Below, one piece after another: positions 10,248 through 17,798 of a stretch of 40,713 nucleotides of DNA. The notes beneath the pieces are model-generated. The model was not told where the DNA came from, did no database searches, and saw nothing but the letters and a program-made list of their open reading frames with translations. The stretch spans positions 1 through 40,713 of the forward strand of contig JBGQGY010000018.1 in assembly GCA_041497675.1 (NCBI GenBank). The letters run 5' to 3'. The position numbers and the translations under genes were made by a program. Numbering within the stretch: position 1 is the first letter of the stretch; each line of letters opens with the position of its first letter. Origin of the DNA: a bacterium. GTDB lineage: Bacteria > Sysuimicrobiota > Sysuimicrobiia > Sysuimicrobiales > Humicultoraceae.

Positions 10248-11477
10248 TTAGGAGCCTCCCGCACTTGCTTCGGTGGTGTCTTCGCCGCCGACCTTCTCGT
10301 CCCCACTCTTGGTCATCCCCACGGCGGCCATCGTCTTGATCTGCTCCTGGTAGAGCCCGCGGAGGCGGAACCCATGCGACCGCTCGGGCCGGTGCTGAAT
10401 CTTCTCGGCCATCCAGGTCGTATAGCCGGTCTTGTCGGCCTTCCACATTTCCCATTGGCCCTTGTTGTCGGCAAACTCGCTCTCGTTCACCATCACCACG
10501 CAGTCGTCTACGGGGCACACCGCCTCGCAGACGCCGCACCCACAGCACGATTCCATACGCGCGTCGTAGAGCCCATCGGGGGTCACGTCGAAGCACGAGT
10601 CCGGGCAGGCCAGCCAGCACAGCGTGCACTTGACGCACGTGTCGAAATTCACCACGGGGCGCATCGTCCGGGTGCTGAACTTCTTGAAGTAGGGGTTGAC
10701 CGCCGGCCGGTACCCACCGGTCTTCCCGGTTTCCGGATCGACAAAGGCGCCGCCCATCGGGATATTGTCGATCGTGACGCCCTCGCGCATCTCCCTCCAC
10801 CCGGGCAGCGTGAACTCATACGGCACCTCGGCATTCCCGGCGCCCGGCGGGACGACGACCGACTCGACCCGCTCGTAGGCCTTGCGGGCCGAGAGCATCT
10901 TCAGCTCGTCCTTCCACTCTTCGAGGATCGCCTGCTCGATGGCCTTGAGGCTGAGCATCTCGGGCACCAACCGCGCGATCGTACCCAGGATCCGCATGTC
11001 GGTGTGGTCGTCCTTGTAGACCCACAGACCGGAAAACGACGGGATGCCCCGGACGATCGCGAGCTCGTACGGCACGTCCTTCGTGTGGATCATCTTCAAG
11101 AGGTCGTCGAACCCCAGCATCGAGCTGACGATCAACTTCCCCCCCGGATTGAGGAGCCGGTTGATCGGCTGCAGGCCGTACCAGGCCCAGGACTCGACGC
11201 CCTTGCTCAGGGTGTCGTCGACGGAGACGGTGATGTCGACGTGCTTGGGTTCGTACTGCGCCATGCTCTCTTCGAGGGTCTGTTCGTCAGGCGCGATAAT
11301 GGCGAAATTCTTGGCGGGGATGCCGTTGCGCTCGGGTGAGTCACCGTACCGGCCGAACGAGATGCCGGTCTTGCCCTCCTTCGCGGCCGCTAACACCAGA
11401 CCCCGGCTGATGTGCTTGGCCAGGGTTTTCTGAAAGATGCCGCGATAGACGATCTCCACCGCGTAACTGCGGTCCAT
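10248..11477 (-). CDS. fused gamma/delta (2[4Fe-4S] ferredoxin) subunit of the 2-oxoacid:ferredoxin oxidoreductase
   Basis: N-terminal gamma-like region (YGDSPERNGIP), then CVKCTLCWLACP and CCGCGVCEAVCP ferredoxin motifs; GGAGG RBS; abuts the alpha gene. Confidence 0.88.
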   Translation of the reverse strand: MDRSYAVEIVYRGIFQKTLAKHISRGLVLAAAKEGKTGISFGRYGDSPERNGIPAKNFAIIAPDEQTLEESMAQYEPKHVDITVSVDDTLSKGVESWAWYGLQPINRLLNPGGKLIVSSMLGFDDLLKMIHTKDVPYELAIVRGIPSFSGLWVYKDDHTDMRILGTIARLVPEMLSLKAIEQAILEEWKDELKMLSARKAYERVESVVVPPGAGNAEVPYEFTLPGWREMREGVTIDNIPMGGAFVDPETGKTGGYRPAVNPYFKKFSTRTMRPVVNFDTCVKCTLCWLACPDSCFDVTPDGLYDARMESCCGCGVCEAVCPVDDCVVMVNESEFADNKGQWEMWKADKTGYTTWMAEKIQHRPERSHGFRLRGLYQEQIKTMAAVGMTKSGDEKVGGEDTTEASAGGS

Positions 11478-11482
11478 ATTCG

Positions 11483-12220
11483 CTATCCTCCTCTGGTTGC
11501 GCCCGTGTGCGCAGGCTGCCGCTCGGGCAGTAGCATCTCTTCGATCTGCTCCAGGTGGCTCAGCATGGCGCGCGACGCGGCGTCACCGTCGCGTCGCCGG
11601 ATCGCTTCGAGGATCTGTCGGTGCCCACGCAGCGAACGCTGCGGCCGGCCCCGGACCTGCAACGACCGCTCGCGGCCCTCACGTAAGAGGTCCATCAGGA
11701 CGTCAATAACCTTCAAGACAACCTGGTTTCGCGACGCGCGGGCAATCATGTCGTGAAAGGCGCTGTCTTCGTCGATAGCCAGCCCGCCGGCCTCGAGCCG
11801 CGCGGTCTGCCGGGTGAGAATCGACTCCATCTGGCGGATCTCGTCGGGGGTAGCGTGCCGCGCCGCTTCGTGCGCCATAGCCGGTTCGATCATCTTGCGG
11901 ACGGCGATCAGGTCGGCCAGCAGATCTTTTCGCGTGAGGAGCGCCGAAGCAATGGGCGCGACTAACACCTCAGTTGAGAGCTCGCGGACCACGGTGCCTT
12001 CGCCCTGGCGGGGTTCGAGCAGTCCGGTCATTTGGAGCGTGCGGATGGCGTCGCGCACGGAGGTACGGCTGACCCCAAGCGCTACGGCCAGCTCACGCTC
12101 CGGCGGCAGCTTGTCGCCGGGCTTCAGGCGGCCGTCGGCGATGAGTCGACGGATGCGCGCCGCGACTTCCTCATAGACCTTGCTGCGGCGCACGGGCTCT
12201 AAGGCTAATTCTTGAGTCAT
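11483..12220 (-). CDS. FadR/GntR family transcriptional regulator (PdhR/LldR/GlcC-like)
   Basis: wHTH LKPGDKLPPERELAVALGVSRTSVRDA...QGEGT plus FCD domain (FH..IA.ASRN, H..I..AI..RD, HL). Start moved to ATG 12220 because the promoter and operator lie just upstream. Confidence 0.93.
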   Translation of the reverse strand: MTQELALEPVRRSKVYEEVAARIRRLIADGRLKPGDKLPPERELAVALGVSRTSVRDAIRTLQMTGLLEPRQGEGTVVRELSTEVLVAPIASALLTRKDLLADLIAVRKMIEPAMAHEAARHATPDEIRQMESILTRQTARLEAGGLAIDEDSAFHDMIARASRNQVVLKVIDVLMDLLREGRERSLQVRGRPQRSLRGHRQILEAIRRRDGDAASRAMLSHLEQIEEMLLPERQPAHTGATRGG

Positions 12221-12229
12221 GGCCTCAAG

Positions 12230-12250
12230 ATTGGTCCAATGGTCCGACAT
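12230..12250. promoter_or_regulatory. probable FadR-family operator (tandem TGGTCC half-sites; imperfect TGGTC-N-GACA)
   Basis: ATTGGTCCAATGGTCCGACAT lies between the predicted promoter and the regulator start; resembles the TGGT-N-ACCA boxes of FadR-subfamily regulators. Confidence 0.55.
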
Positions 12251-12264
12251 CTGCCGGTAGGGCC

Positions 12265-12293
12265 ATTATTGCGCCGGCGGACGGGGGTGTCAA
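12265..12293 (-). promoter_or_regulatory. sigma70-type promoter of the FadR/oxidoreductase operon
   Basis: Minus strand TTGACA (12293-12288), 17-nt spacer, AATAAT (12270-12265). Confidence 0.7.
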
Positions 12294-12352
12294 CAAACCT
12301 GGGACCGACCAGCGACCAGGAAACGGGGCGGGCGGGGCCCAATGTGACATAT

Positions 12353-12814
12353 GTGGAGCGACGACTTGTGCCGGGTCTGGTGTTGATCATCGTCGGTGGG
12401 ATCCTGCTGCTGGCGAGACAACAGGTGCTGAGCGGGGATCTGACGGTGCTGCTCATCGGCGCCTTATTGCTCGCCGTTTACACCGCCAGCGGAGCCCCCG
12501 GGTTGTTGGTCCCCGGCGCCATCCTCACGGGACTCGGCGCGGGTATCGCGCTTCGGGAACGGCTTGGTCCGGAGAGCGCGACGGTCCCGTTGGGGCTGGG
12601 TTTGGGCTTCGTACTGATCTATGTCATCGACCGAGCCCGCGGCGGGCCAAAGGGCGGCTGGTGGCCCCTCATCCCCGGTGGAATCCTGGTCGCGGTCGGA
12701 CTGATGCAGGCGGCGAGGGCCGACGGACCCCTGAAGGCGCTGGCGTCGTGGTGGCCGATCGCGCTGATTCTCCTGGGGATCTGGCTGATTGCCCGGCCAA
12801 GAGCAGCGGCCTGA
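12353..12814 (+). CDS. multi-pass membrane protein (LiaF/LiaI-TM-like), function unknown
   Basis: Hydrophobic Gly-rich helices, WWPLIPG and WWPIALILLGIWLI segments. The start is my estimate (GTG 12353); the ORF-track extension overlaps the divergent promoter. Confidence 0.7.
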   Translation: MERRLVPGLVLIIVGGILLLARQQVLSGDLTVLLIGALLLAVYTASGAPGLLVPGAILTGLGAGIALRERLGPESATVPLGLGLGFVLIYVIDRARGGPKGGWWPLIPGGILVAVGLMQAARADGPLKALASWWPIALILLGIWLIARPRAAA

Positions 12815-12818
12815 CCGC

Positions 12819-13541
12819 TCAGGACAACGGCTTCAGGCCGACGTAGAGCCCGCGACCCATTAACCCCTCGGGATCGAACGTCGCCTCCAGACCGGCGTCT
12901 CGGAAGGCGGCCAGGTACTCCTCCACTGTGAAAACCGCCAGGTCGTGACGTTCGGTGAAGTGTTCGACGCCGCCGGCTGTGGCAACCAGATAGTGGAAGT
13001 GTAGGGTCACGACCCGGCCGTCGACCCCGCTTACGTTCACTCGCGCGACCTTCAGATCCGGGCGGTCGACCAGCACAGCGCCGACATGGTCGGGGATGAC
13101 CTCCTCGGGTCTGATGAACGGCTCGGCGATCAGCACCCCGCCGGGATGAAGATGGCGCGCCATAGTATGCACCGCCTGGTGCAGCATCGCGACGGTGTGT
13201 GCGTAGGCGATCGCGGAGAAGAGACAGACCACCGCATCGAACCGGCGGCCCAGGTCAAACGACGTCATGTCCGCCTGGTGGAGCACCAGGTCCGGATGTT
13301 TCTTGCACGCAATGGCCAGCATCTCTGGGCTGAGATCGAGGCCCTCGACGGCGTAGTGCTCGCGCAGGTAGGCGAGATGCCCGCCCGTCCCACAGGCGAT
13401 GTCGAGCAACGCGCGCCCCCGGGTGCGTTTGTGTTGTTGGATCAGTTCGTGGACGTGCTGAGACTCGCGGGCGTAGTCCTTGCCCGCGGCCTCGTAGATC
13501 AAGTCGTAATAGGCGGCTGATCGCGCGTAGTCCCCGTGCAT
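12819..13541 (-). CDS. class I SAM-dependent methyltransferase (DesVI/TylM1 N-methyltransferase-like)
   Basis: YDLIY...GKDY, LDIACGTG, DLSPEML, ADMTSFDLGRRFDAVVCLFSAI, GRGLYVG; ATG at 13541 lies 4 nt after the upstream stop. Confidence 0.88.
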   Translation of the reverse strand: MHGDYARSAAYYDLIYEAAGKDYARESQHVHELIQQHKRTRGRALLDIACGTGGHLAYLREHYAVEGLDLSPEMLAIACKKHPDLVLHQADMTSFDLGRRFDAVVCLFSAIAYAHTVAMLHQAVHTMARHLHPGGVLIAEPFIRPEEVIPDHVGAVLVDRPDLKVARVNVSGVDGRVVTLHFHYLVATAGGVEHFTERHDLAVFTVEEYLAAFRDAGLEATFDPEGLMGRGLYVGLKPLS

Positions 13542-13545
13542 GCGG

Positions 13546-14877
13546 TCAACACGCGACCGAGAACAGATGCCACTCGCCGGACACGCCTTTGAGCCCGTGG
13601 ACTCCTCGATCTTCGAATTGGATACCTGACCCGGCCACGAGATCTTTGACCGTGCTGGAGACCAGGACTTCACTCGCGCCGGCGTAAGCCGCGACACGCG
13701 CGCCGATATGGACGGCGATCCCGCCGACTCTACCACCCATCACCTCGCACTCGCCCGTGTGCAGCCCGATGCGGACCTCGATCCCAAGCGCCCGGACGGC
13801 AGCGACGATCTGGCACCCGCAGCGGACGGCCCGGGCAGGCCCATCGAATGTCGCAAGAAACCCGTCGCCGGCCGTGTCGATTTCGCGCCCGAGGAACCGA
13901 ACGAGTTCCCGGCGCACCACCGCATAGTAGCCATCCAGCACATCTCGCCACCGCCGGTCGCCGAGTTGAGACGCGCGCTCCGTCGACCCGACGATATCGA
14001 TAAACATGACTGTCGCGAGGACGCGATCCGGTTCGGGCCCACGTCGCACCCCGGTCAGGAACTCCTCGATCTCATCGAGCATTGTGTCTTGATCACCGAC
14101 CCACGGCAGGTGGTCATCTCCGGGAAGTTCTACATACTTGGCGCCGGGGATCTGCCGGGCCATGTATCGCGCATGCTCGGCACTCAAGGTGCGGTCACCC
14201 GTGCGATGGACAATGAGCGCGGGTACACGGATCGTCGGGAGGACGTGCCGTACGTCAATAGCGGCGTTCATCCGCGTGAGGGCGAGCGCAGCGCCGGGAC
14301 TGGTGCTCATTCGTAGATACCTGGCCCACCAATCTTTGAAGCGCTCGTCGTGTACCATGCTGGGTGCGCGACCCGCCAGCCCGACGGGGCCGCCCCATCC
14401 GTCGCGGATCTCCTGCATGAATTGCTCATGCACGTTCTCAGTCGGCGCGAATGTGTAGTCGGGCGCCCAGAGCCTCCTCGCGTAAGCGCCAACCATGATC
14501 AAGGCCGTCGTCCGCTCGGGGTAGGTGGCCGCAAAGAGCGCGCACATCGGCCCGCCCTCGGAGATGCCGATGAGCGCGGCCCGCGGCGACCCCACGGCGT
14601 CCATCACCGCGCGGACGTCGTCCATCCGCTGCTCCAGCGTTGGCAACTCGGTCTCGGGAACGCGATCGGACAATCCGGTGCCCCGCTTATCGAAGAGGAT
14701 GAGGCGGGTAAACGAGGCGAGGCGGTTGAGAAATCGCGCAAACGAGGGCTCTTCCCAGAAATAGTCCAGGTTGGAAACCCAGCCCATGACGAAGACCAGG
14801 TCGAGTGGGCCGTTCCCGACCACCTGGTAGGCGATGTTGACGCCGCCGCTCTTCGCATACTTCGTCTCGGGCTGCAT
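13546..14877 (-). CDS. alpha/beta-hydrolase-class III nucleotide cyclase fusion (LipJ/Rv1900c-like)
   Basis: FDKRGTGLSDR, GISEGG nucleophile elbow, DDHLPW; then VMFIDIVGST, AGDGFLA, RIGLHTGE, VHIGARV, VLVS. Confidence 0.92.
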   Translation of the reverse strand: MQPETKYAKSGGVNIAYQVVGNGPLDLVFVMGWVSNLDYFWEEPSFARFLNRLASFTRLILFDKRGTGLSDRVPETELPTLEQRMDDVRAVMDAVGSPRAALIGISEGGPMCALFAATYPERTTALIMVGAYARRLWAPDYTFAPTENVHEQFMQEIRDGWGGPVGLAGRAPSMVHDERFKDWWARYLRMSTSPGAALALTRMNAAIDVRHVLPTIRVPALIVHRTGDRTLSAEHARYMARQIPGAKYVELPGDDHLPWVGDQDTMLDEIEEFLTGVRRGPEPDRVLATVMFIDIVGSTERASQLGDRRWRDVLDGYYAVVRRELVRFLGREIDTAGDGFLATFDGPARAVRCGCQIVAAVRALGIEVRIGLHTGECEVMGGRVGGIAVHIGARVAAYAGASEVLVSSTVKDLVAGSGIQFEDRGVHGLKGVSGEWHLFSVAC

Positions 14878-14929
14878 TGCCGCGGTTCTTCCCCGTGCCG
14901 GTACAAACTCCTGGATGGGCCAGGATCTC

Positions 14930-14970
14930 AAAAAACGACTCAGGGCGGGTGTGTACCCCCGCCCCGAGCG
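14930..14970 (-). terminator. Rho-independent terminator after the repeat-peptide gene
   Basis: Minus strand CTCGGGGCGGG-GGTACACA-CCCGCCCTGAG stem (11 bp, one G-U) followed by TCG-TTTTTT. Confidence 0.8.
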
Positions 14971-14989
14971 ATCTGTCTATCCCCCGTCG

Positions 14990-15205
14990 TTACGCCGACC
15001 GCACGTCAGCCGGCAGCGCCTCATCCGTGATCTCCGCCGACCGCACGTCAGCCGGCAGCGCTTCGTCCGTGATCTCCGCCGACCGCACATCGGCCGGCAT
15101 CAACTGGTCCTCGTTGGCGATGGACAGCCCGCCGGTCGGAACCGGCAGCCACGCCGCGTGCACGAGCAACCCCACCAGGGCAACCAGTGCGATCTTCTTA
15201 TTCAT
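14990..15205 (-). CDS. 71-aa secreted peptide with three (L/M)PADVRSA repeats; putative signalling or RiPP-type precursor
   Basis: MNKKIALVALVGLLVHAA signal-like N-terminus, GGAGG RBS 8 nt upstream, downstream terminator, synonymous differences between repeat copies. Confidence 0.8.
   Translation of the reverse strand: MNKKIALVALVGLLVHAAWLPVPTGGLSIANEDQLMPADVRSAEITDEALPADVRSAEITDEALPADVRSA
14993..15100. repeat. 42-bp tandem repeat, about 2.6 copies, within the peptide gene
   Basis: Units start at 14993, 15035 and 15077 (cgccgaccgcac...). Units 1 and 2 differ at 2 positions. Confidence 0.95.
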
Positions 15206-15310
15206 CGTAGTCGCCTCCGCCTTCGGTTTTGTGTTTCCCTGCGCTCCGAACACCCGTTGTTCATCTGACTGTCACTGTACGCGGGTCTCCGGAGGGCCAC
15301 GATGGCGGGC

Positions 15311-15329
15311 TTCACAAGAGGGTTGTGAA
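15311..15329. promoter_or_regulatory. perfect inverted repeat TTCACAA-N5-TTGTGAA, possible operator
   Basis: 7-5-7 dyad in the divergent intergenic region between the peptide gene and the dioxygenase-like gene. Confidence 0.45.
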
Positions 15330-15390
15330 ATCGGTTACCATGATCAGACAGGTTACGATCAGAGCCAGATTGTCGAGCGGAGGCTTGGTG

Positions 15391-16017
15391 ATGGAGAAAC
15401 TCGAACACCTCGGCAGGAACCGCCGCGTCGCTTTGGTGGCGGGGCTCGTGTTGGGCGGGGCGCTGGCATTACCACTAACCGGTTCGCAGCTTCAGGTCGC
15501 GGCGGCACAACGGCAGGTGAGTCCGCCGCCGCCGACCTGCACGGCCAGTACTCGAACCACTCCGTCTCAAACGGACGGGCCGTACTACAAAGCCAACTCG
15601 CCGCAGCGGACCTCGCTGATGGAACCAAGCGTGACAGGGACGAAGCTGGTCGTCACCGGGTACGTTCTAGGCCGGGACTGCAAGCCGGTCGCGCGTGCCT
15701 GGCTCGACTTCTGGCAGGCGGACGATCGGGGCGAATACGATAACGCCGGCTTCAAGATGCGGGGGCATCAGTTTGCGGACGCCGCCGGGATCTACTATCT
15801 GGAAACCGTCCTGCCGGGGCTCTACCCCGGACGCACGAGACACATCCACGTCAAGGTGCGGGCACCCAACGGGCCGACGCTCACCAGCCAGATCTACTTC
15901 CCGGGCGAAGCGCGCAACCAGACCGACGGGATCTTCAATCAAAGTCTCATCGTGACGATGCAGGATGTCGCCGGAGGGAAGGTCGGCTTCTTCACCTTCG
16001 TCATCGACACACGATAG
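15391..16017 (+). CDS. exported intradiol ring-cleavage dioxygenase-family protein
   Basis: TDGPYY, LDFWQADDRGEYD, PGLYPGRTRHIHVKV (Tyr, Tyr, His, His iron ligands), TSQIYF; basic plus hydrophobic N-terminus; GGAGG RBS. Confidence 0.88.
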   Translation: MEKLEHLGRNRRVALVAGLVLGGALALPLTGSQLQVAAAQRQVSPPPPTCTASTRTTPSQTDGPYYKANSPQRTSLMEPSVTGTKLVVTGYVLGRDCKPVARAWLDFWQADDRGEYDNAGFKMRGHQFADAAGIYYLETVLPGLYPGRTRHIHVKVRAPNGPTLTSQIYFPGEARNQTDGIFNQSLIVTMQDVAGGKVGFFTFVIDTR

Positions 16018-16032
16018 CCGCGATCGGCATGA

Positions 16033-17313
16033 CTAGCGGCGACCGACGAGCAGCGGCAGGATGTCGATCCCTCGAAGGTGACCCAGCGCGCCACGCGCGG
16101 CCTCGGCTTCGGTGAATCGACCGGCGTGATCGGCCGGTGTCCCGGCGCCGGCGACCAGCAACGGCACCGGGTCGGCTGAGTGACCGCGTAGTTCGCAGGG
16201 TGTGGCGTGATCCGCGGTCACCGCGATGAGCGTCGTGGGGAGATCGAGCGCCAGGAGCAGGGTGCCGAAGAAGTATTCGTCGATCTCTTGGATCACGCGG
16301 CGCTTCGCCTCGGCGTCGCCGTCGTGCCCGGGCTCATCGGGCCCCTTCAAGTGCAGATACAGACCATCGTACTGCGGCAGCACCTCGACCGCGCGCCGCG
16401 CCCATCCCCGGTAGATCTCCGCGCGCGTGGCCGAGGCGCTGTGCGGCACTTCGACGACGCCCATGCCCAGGTACCGGGCGATGCCGCGCTCGACAGGCAT
16501 CTCGACGAAGCACCCCAACGTGACCCCGAAGCGCTCGCGCATCGACGGCACCTGCGGGATGTGGTCACCCGCGTCACGGACGAGGATCAGGTTGCCCGGC
16601 GGCTTGCCGGCGGCCTTGCGGGCGGCGTTCACGGGATGAGCATCGAGGATCGCGCGGCTCCTGTCGGTGAACTCGTTGATCAGCGCCGCGGCGGTCCGCG
16701 CGCCCGGTGAGTCGTCGAGCGGCGCGCACTCGACGACTTCCTCTTTGAACGTGGGCAGCGCCACCCCGAGCCCGCCGACCCGCGCGTACGCCGGATCAGT
16801 GTTGGACACCTGGCCGCTCAGACGTCCCTGCGTGGGATAGAAGACGACCGCACAACGGTATCCGATCGACGACGCGACGACGACCCGCGCGGGTGAGGTC
16901 TCCAGTCGGATCTGCTGCGTGACCGCATCGGCAAGCGCGCGGGCTTCTTCAGACAGCAGATTGCGGCCGACGCGACGATCGAGGATCTTCTTGCCATCAC
17001 CACCGGTGGCGAAGTTGCCACGCAGAGCCAGATCGCCGTCTTTGAACTCGATCCCGGCGCCCAATGCCTCAAGCGGCCCGCGGCCGGCGTGGTAGATCGT
17101 GGGGTCGTAGCCAAGGATCGCCGTGACAGCGACGTCGGACTCGGGCGCGATGCCCTCGCCAACGGTGGTGACCAGCGCCTGCTGACCCGCCGCCGCAAGC
17201 CGATCGAGGTGCGGCGTACGCGCCGCGGCGAGAGGCGTCCGTCCGCCCAGGGCTGCGACCGGCCGGTCGCCGAGACCATCAAGGATGACGTAGAGAATCT
17301 TCGCGCGACTCAT
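16033..17313 (-). CDS. apgM: cofactor-independent phosphoglycerate mutase, ApgM/archaeal type (alkaline phosphatase superfamily)
   Basis: ILDGLGDRP, TPL..A.TP.LD, PESDVA (phospho-Ser), GRGPLEA, ALRGNF, HLKGPDEPGHDG, TADHATP, HSADPVP; ATGA overlap with the GNAT stop. Confidence 0.9.
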   Translation of the reverse strand: MSRAKILYVILDGLGDRPVAALGGRTPLAAARTPHLDRLAAAGQQALVTTVGEGIAPESDVAVTAILGYDPTIYHAGRGPLEALGAGIEFKDGDLALRGNFATGGDGKKILDRRVGRNLLSEEARALADAVTQQIRLETSPARVVVASSIGYRCAVVFYPTQGRLSGQVSNTDPAYARVGGLGVALPTFKEEVVECAPLDDSPGARTAAALINEFTDRSRAILDAHPVNAARKAAGKPPGNLILVRDAGDHIPQVPSMRERFGVTLGCFVEMPVERGIARYLGMGVVEVPHSASATRAEIYRGWARRAVEVLPQYDGLYLHLKGPDEPGHDGDAEAKRRVIQEIDEYFFGTLLLALDLPTTLIAVTADHATPCELRGHSADPVPLLVAGAGTPADHAGRFTEAEAARGALGHLRGIDILPLLVGRR

Positions 17314-17798
17314 GCGCCCTCCGTCAGATTGAGACGATACCCCTTGATGGTGACGTCCTTCCCAGGATGGAAGTCGAGATCGGGAGCGCGGACAAAACCC
17401 ATCCGTTCGTACATACGCATCGCCACGGCCATGATCTCGTGGGTGTGCAGCGTGAGCACCGCCGCCCCGGACTGCCGCGCCCGCCGGACGCATTCGCGCA
17501 TCAGCGCCGCCCCGACGCCCTGACCGCGCGCGGCCGGCGCGACGGCCAGCAGGCGCAGTTCGGGCCATGCCAACGTGCCCGCAGGGTACAACAACACGGT
17601 ACCCACAATGGCGCCGTGCTGCTCGGCCACAATCTGTTCCGCCGGCTTCACATCCCCGAGGGTGGTCAGAATATTGCGCCGGTAGCCCTCCCAATGCGTC
17701 TGCATCACGGCCGCATACTGTTGATAGGCCGACAACGTCACGTCCCTGATGATCTCACGATCACCGTCACGCGCATCGCGGACGATCACATCCTTCAT
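17310..17798 (-). CDS. GNAT family N-acetyltransferase
   Basis: LAVAPAARGQGVGAALM (motif A), LHT, A..MYERMGF; ATG at 17798 overlaps the upstream stop (ATGA). Confidence 0.9.
   Translation of the reverse strand: MKDVIVRDARDGDREIIRDVTLSAYQQYAAVMQTHWEGYRRNILTTLGDVKPAEQIVAEQHGAIVGTVLLYPAGTLAWPELRLLAVAPAARGQGVGAALMRECVRRARQSGAAVLTLHTHEIMAVAMRMYERMGFVRAPDLDFHPGKDVTIKGYRLNLTEGA

Noticed and set aside
8070..11339. Long plus-strand ORFs (654 aa and 434 aa) opposite the oxidoreductase operon, and similar antisense ORFs elsewhere (5342-6682, 6695-7768, 22828-24027, 38142-39599)
   Set aside because: Typical antisense shadows of high-GC coding sequence, with no motifs, opposite genes that have clear family signatures.
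14993..15118. 42-bp repeats as a CRISPR array or non-coding VNTR
   Set aside because: Units are contiguous with no unique spacers, no cas genes are present, and the period is 14 codons within an ORF that has an RBS and terminator.
14834..15743. Plus-strand ORFs 14834-15268 and 14877-15743 across the repeat
   Set aside because: No RBS or recognisable domain; they overlap the cyclase or dioxygenase genes. The 14877 frame shares third positions with the minus-strand peptide, so its repeat conservation is a shadow effect.
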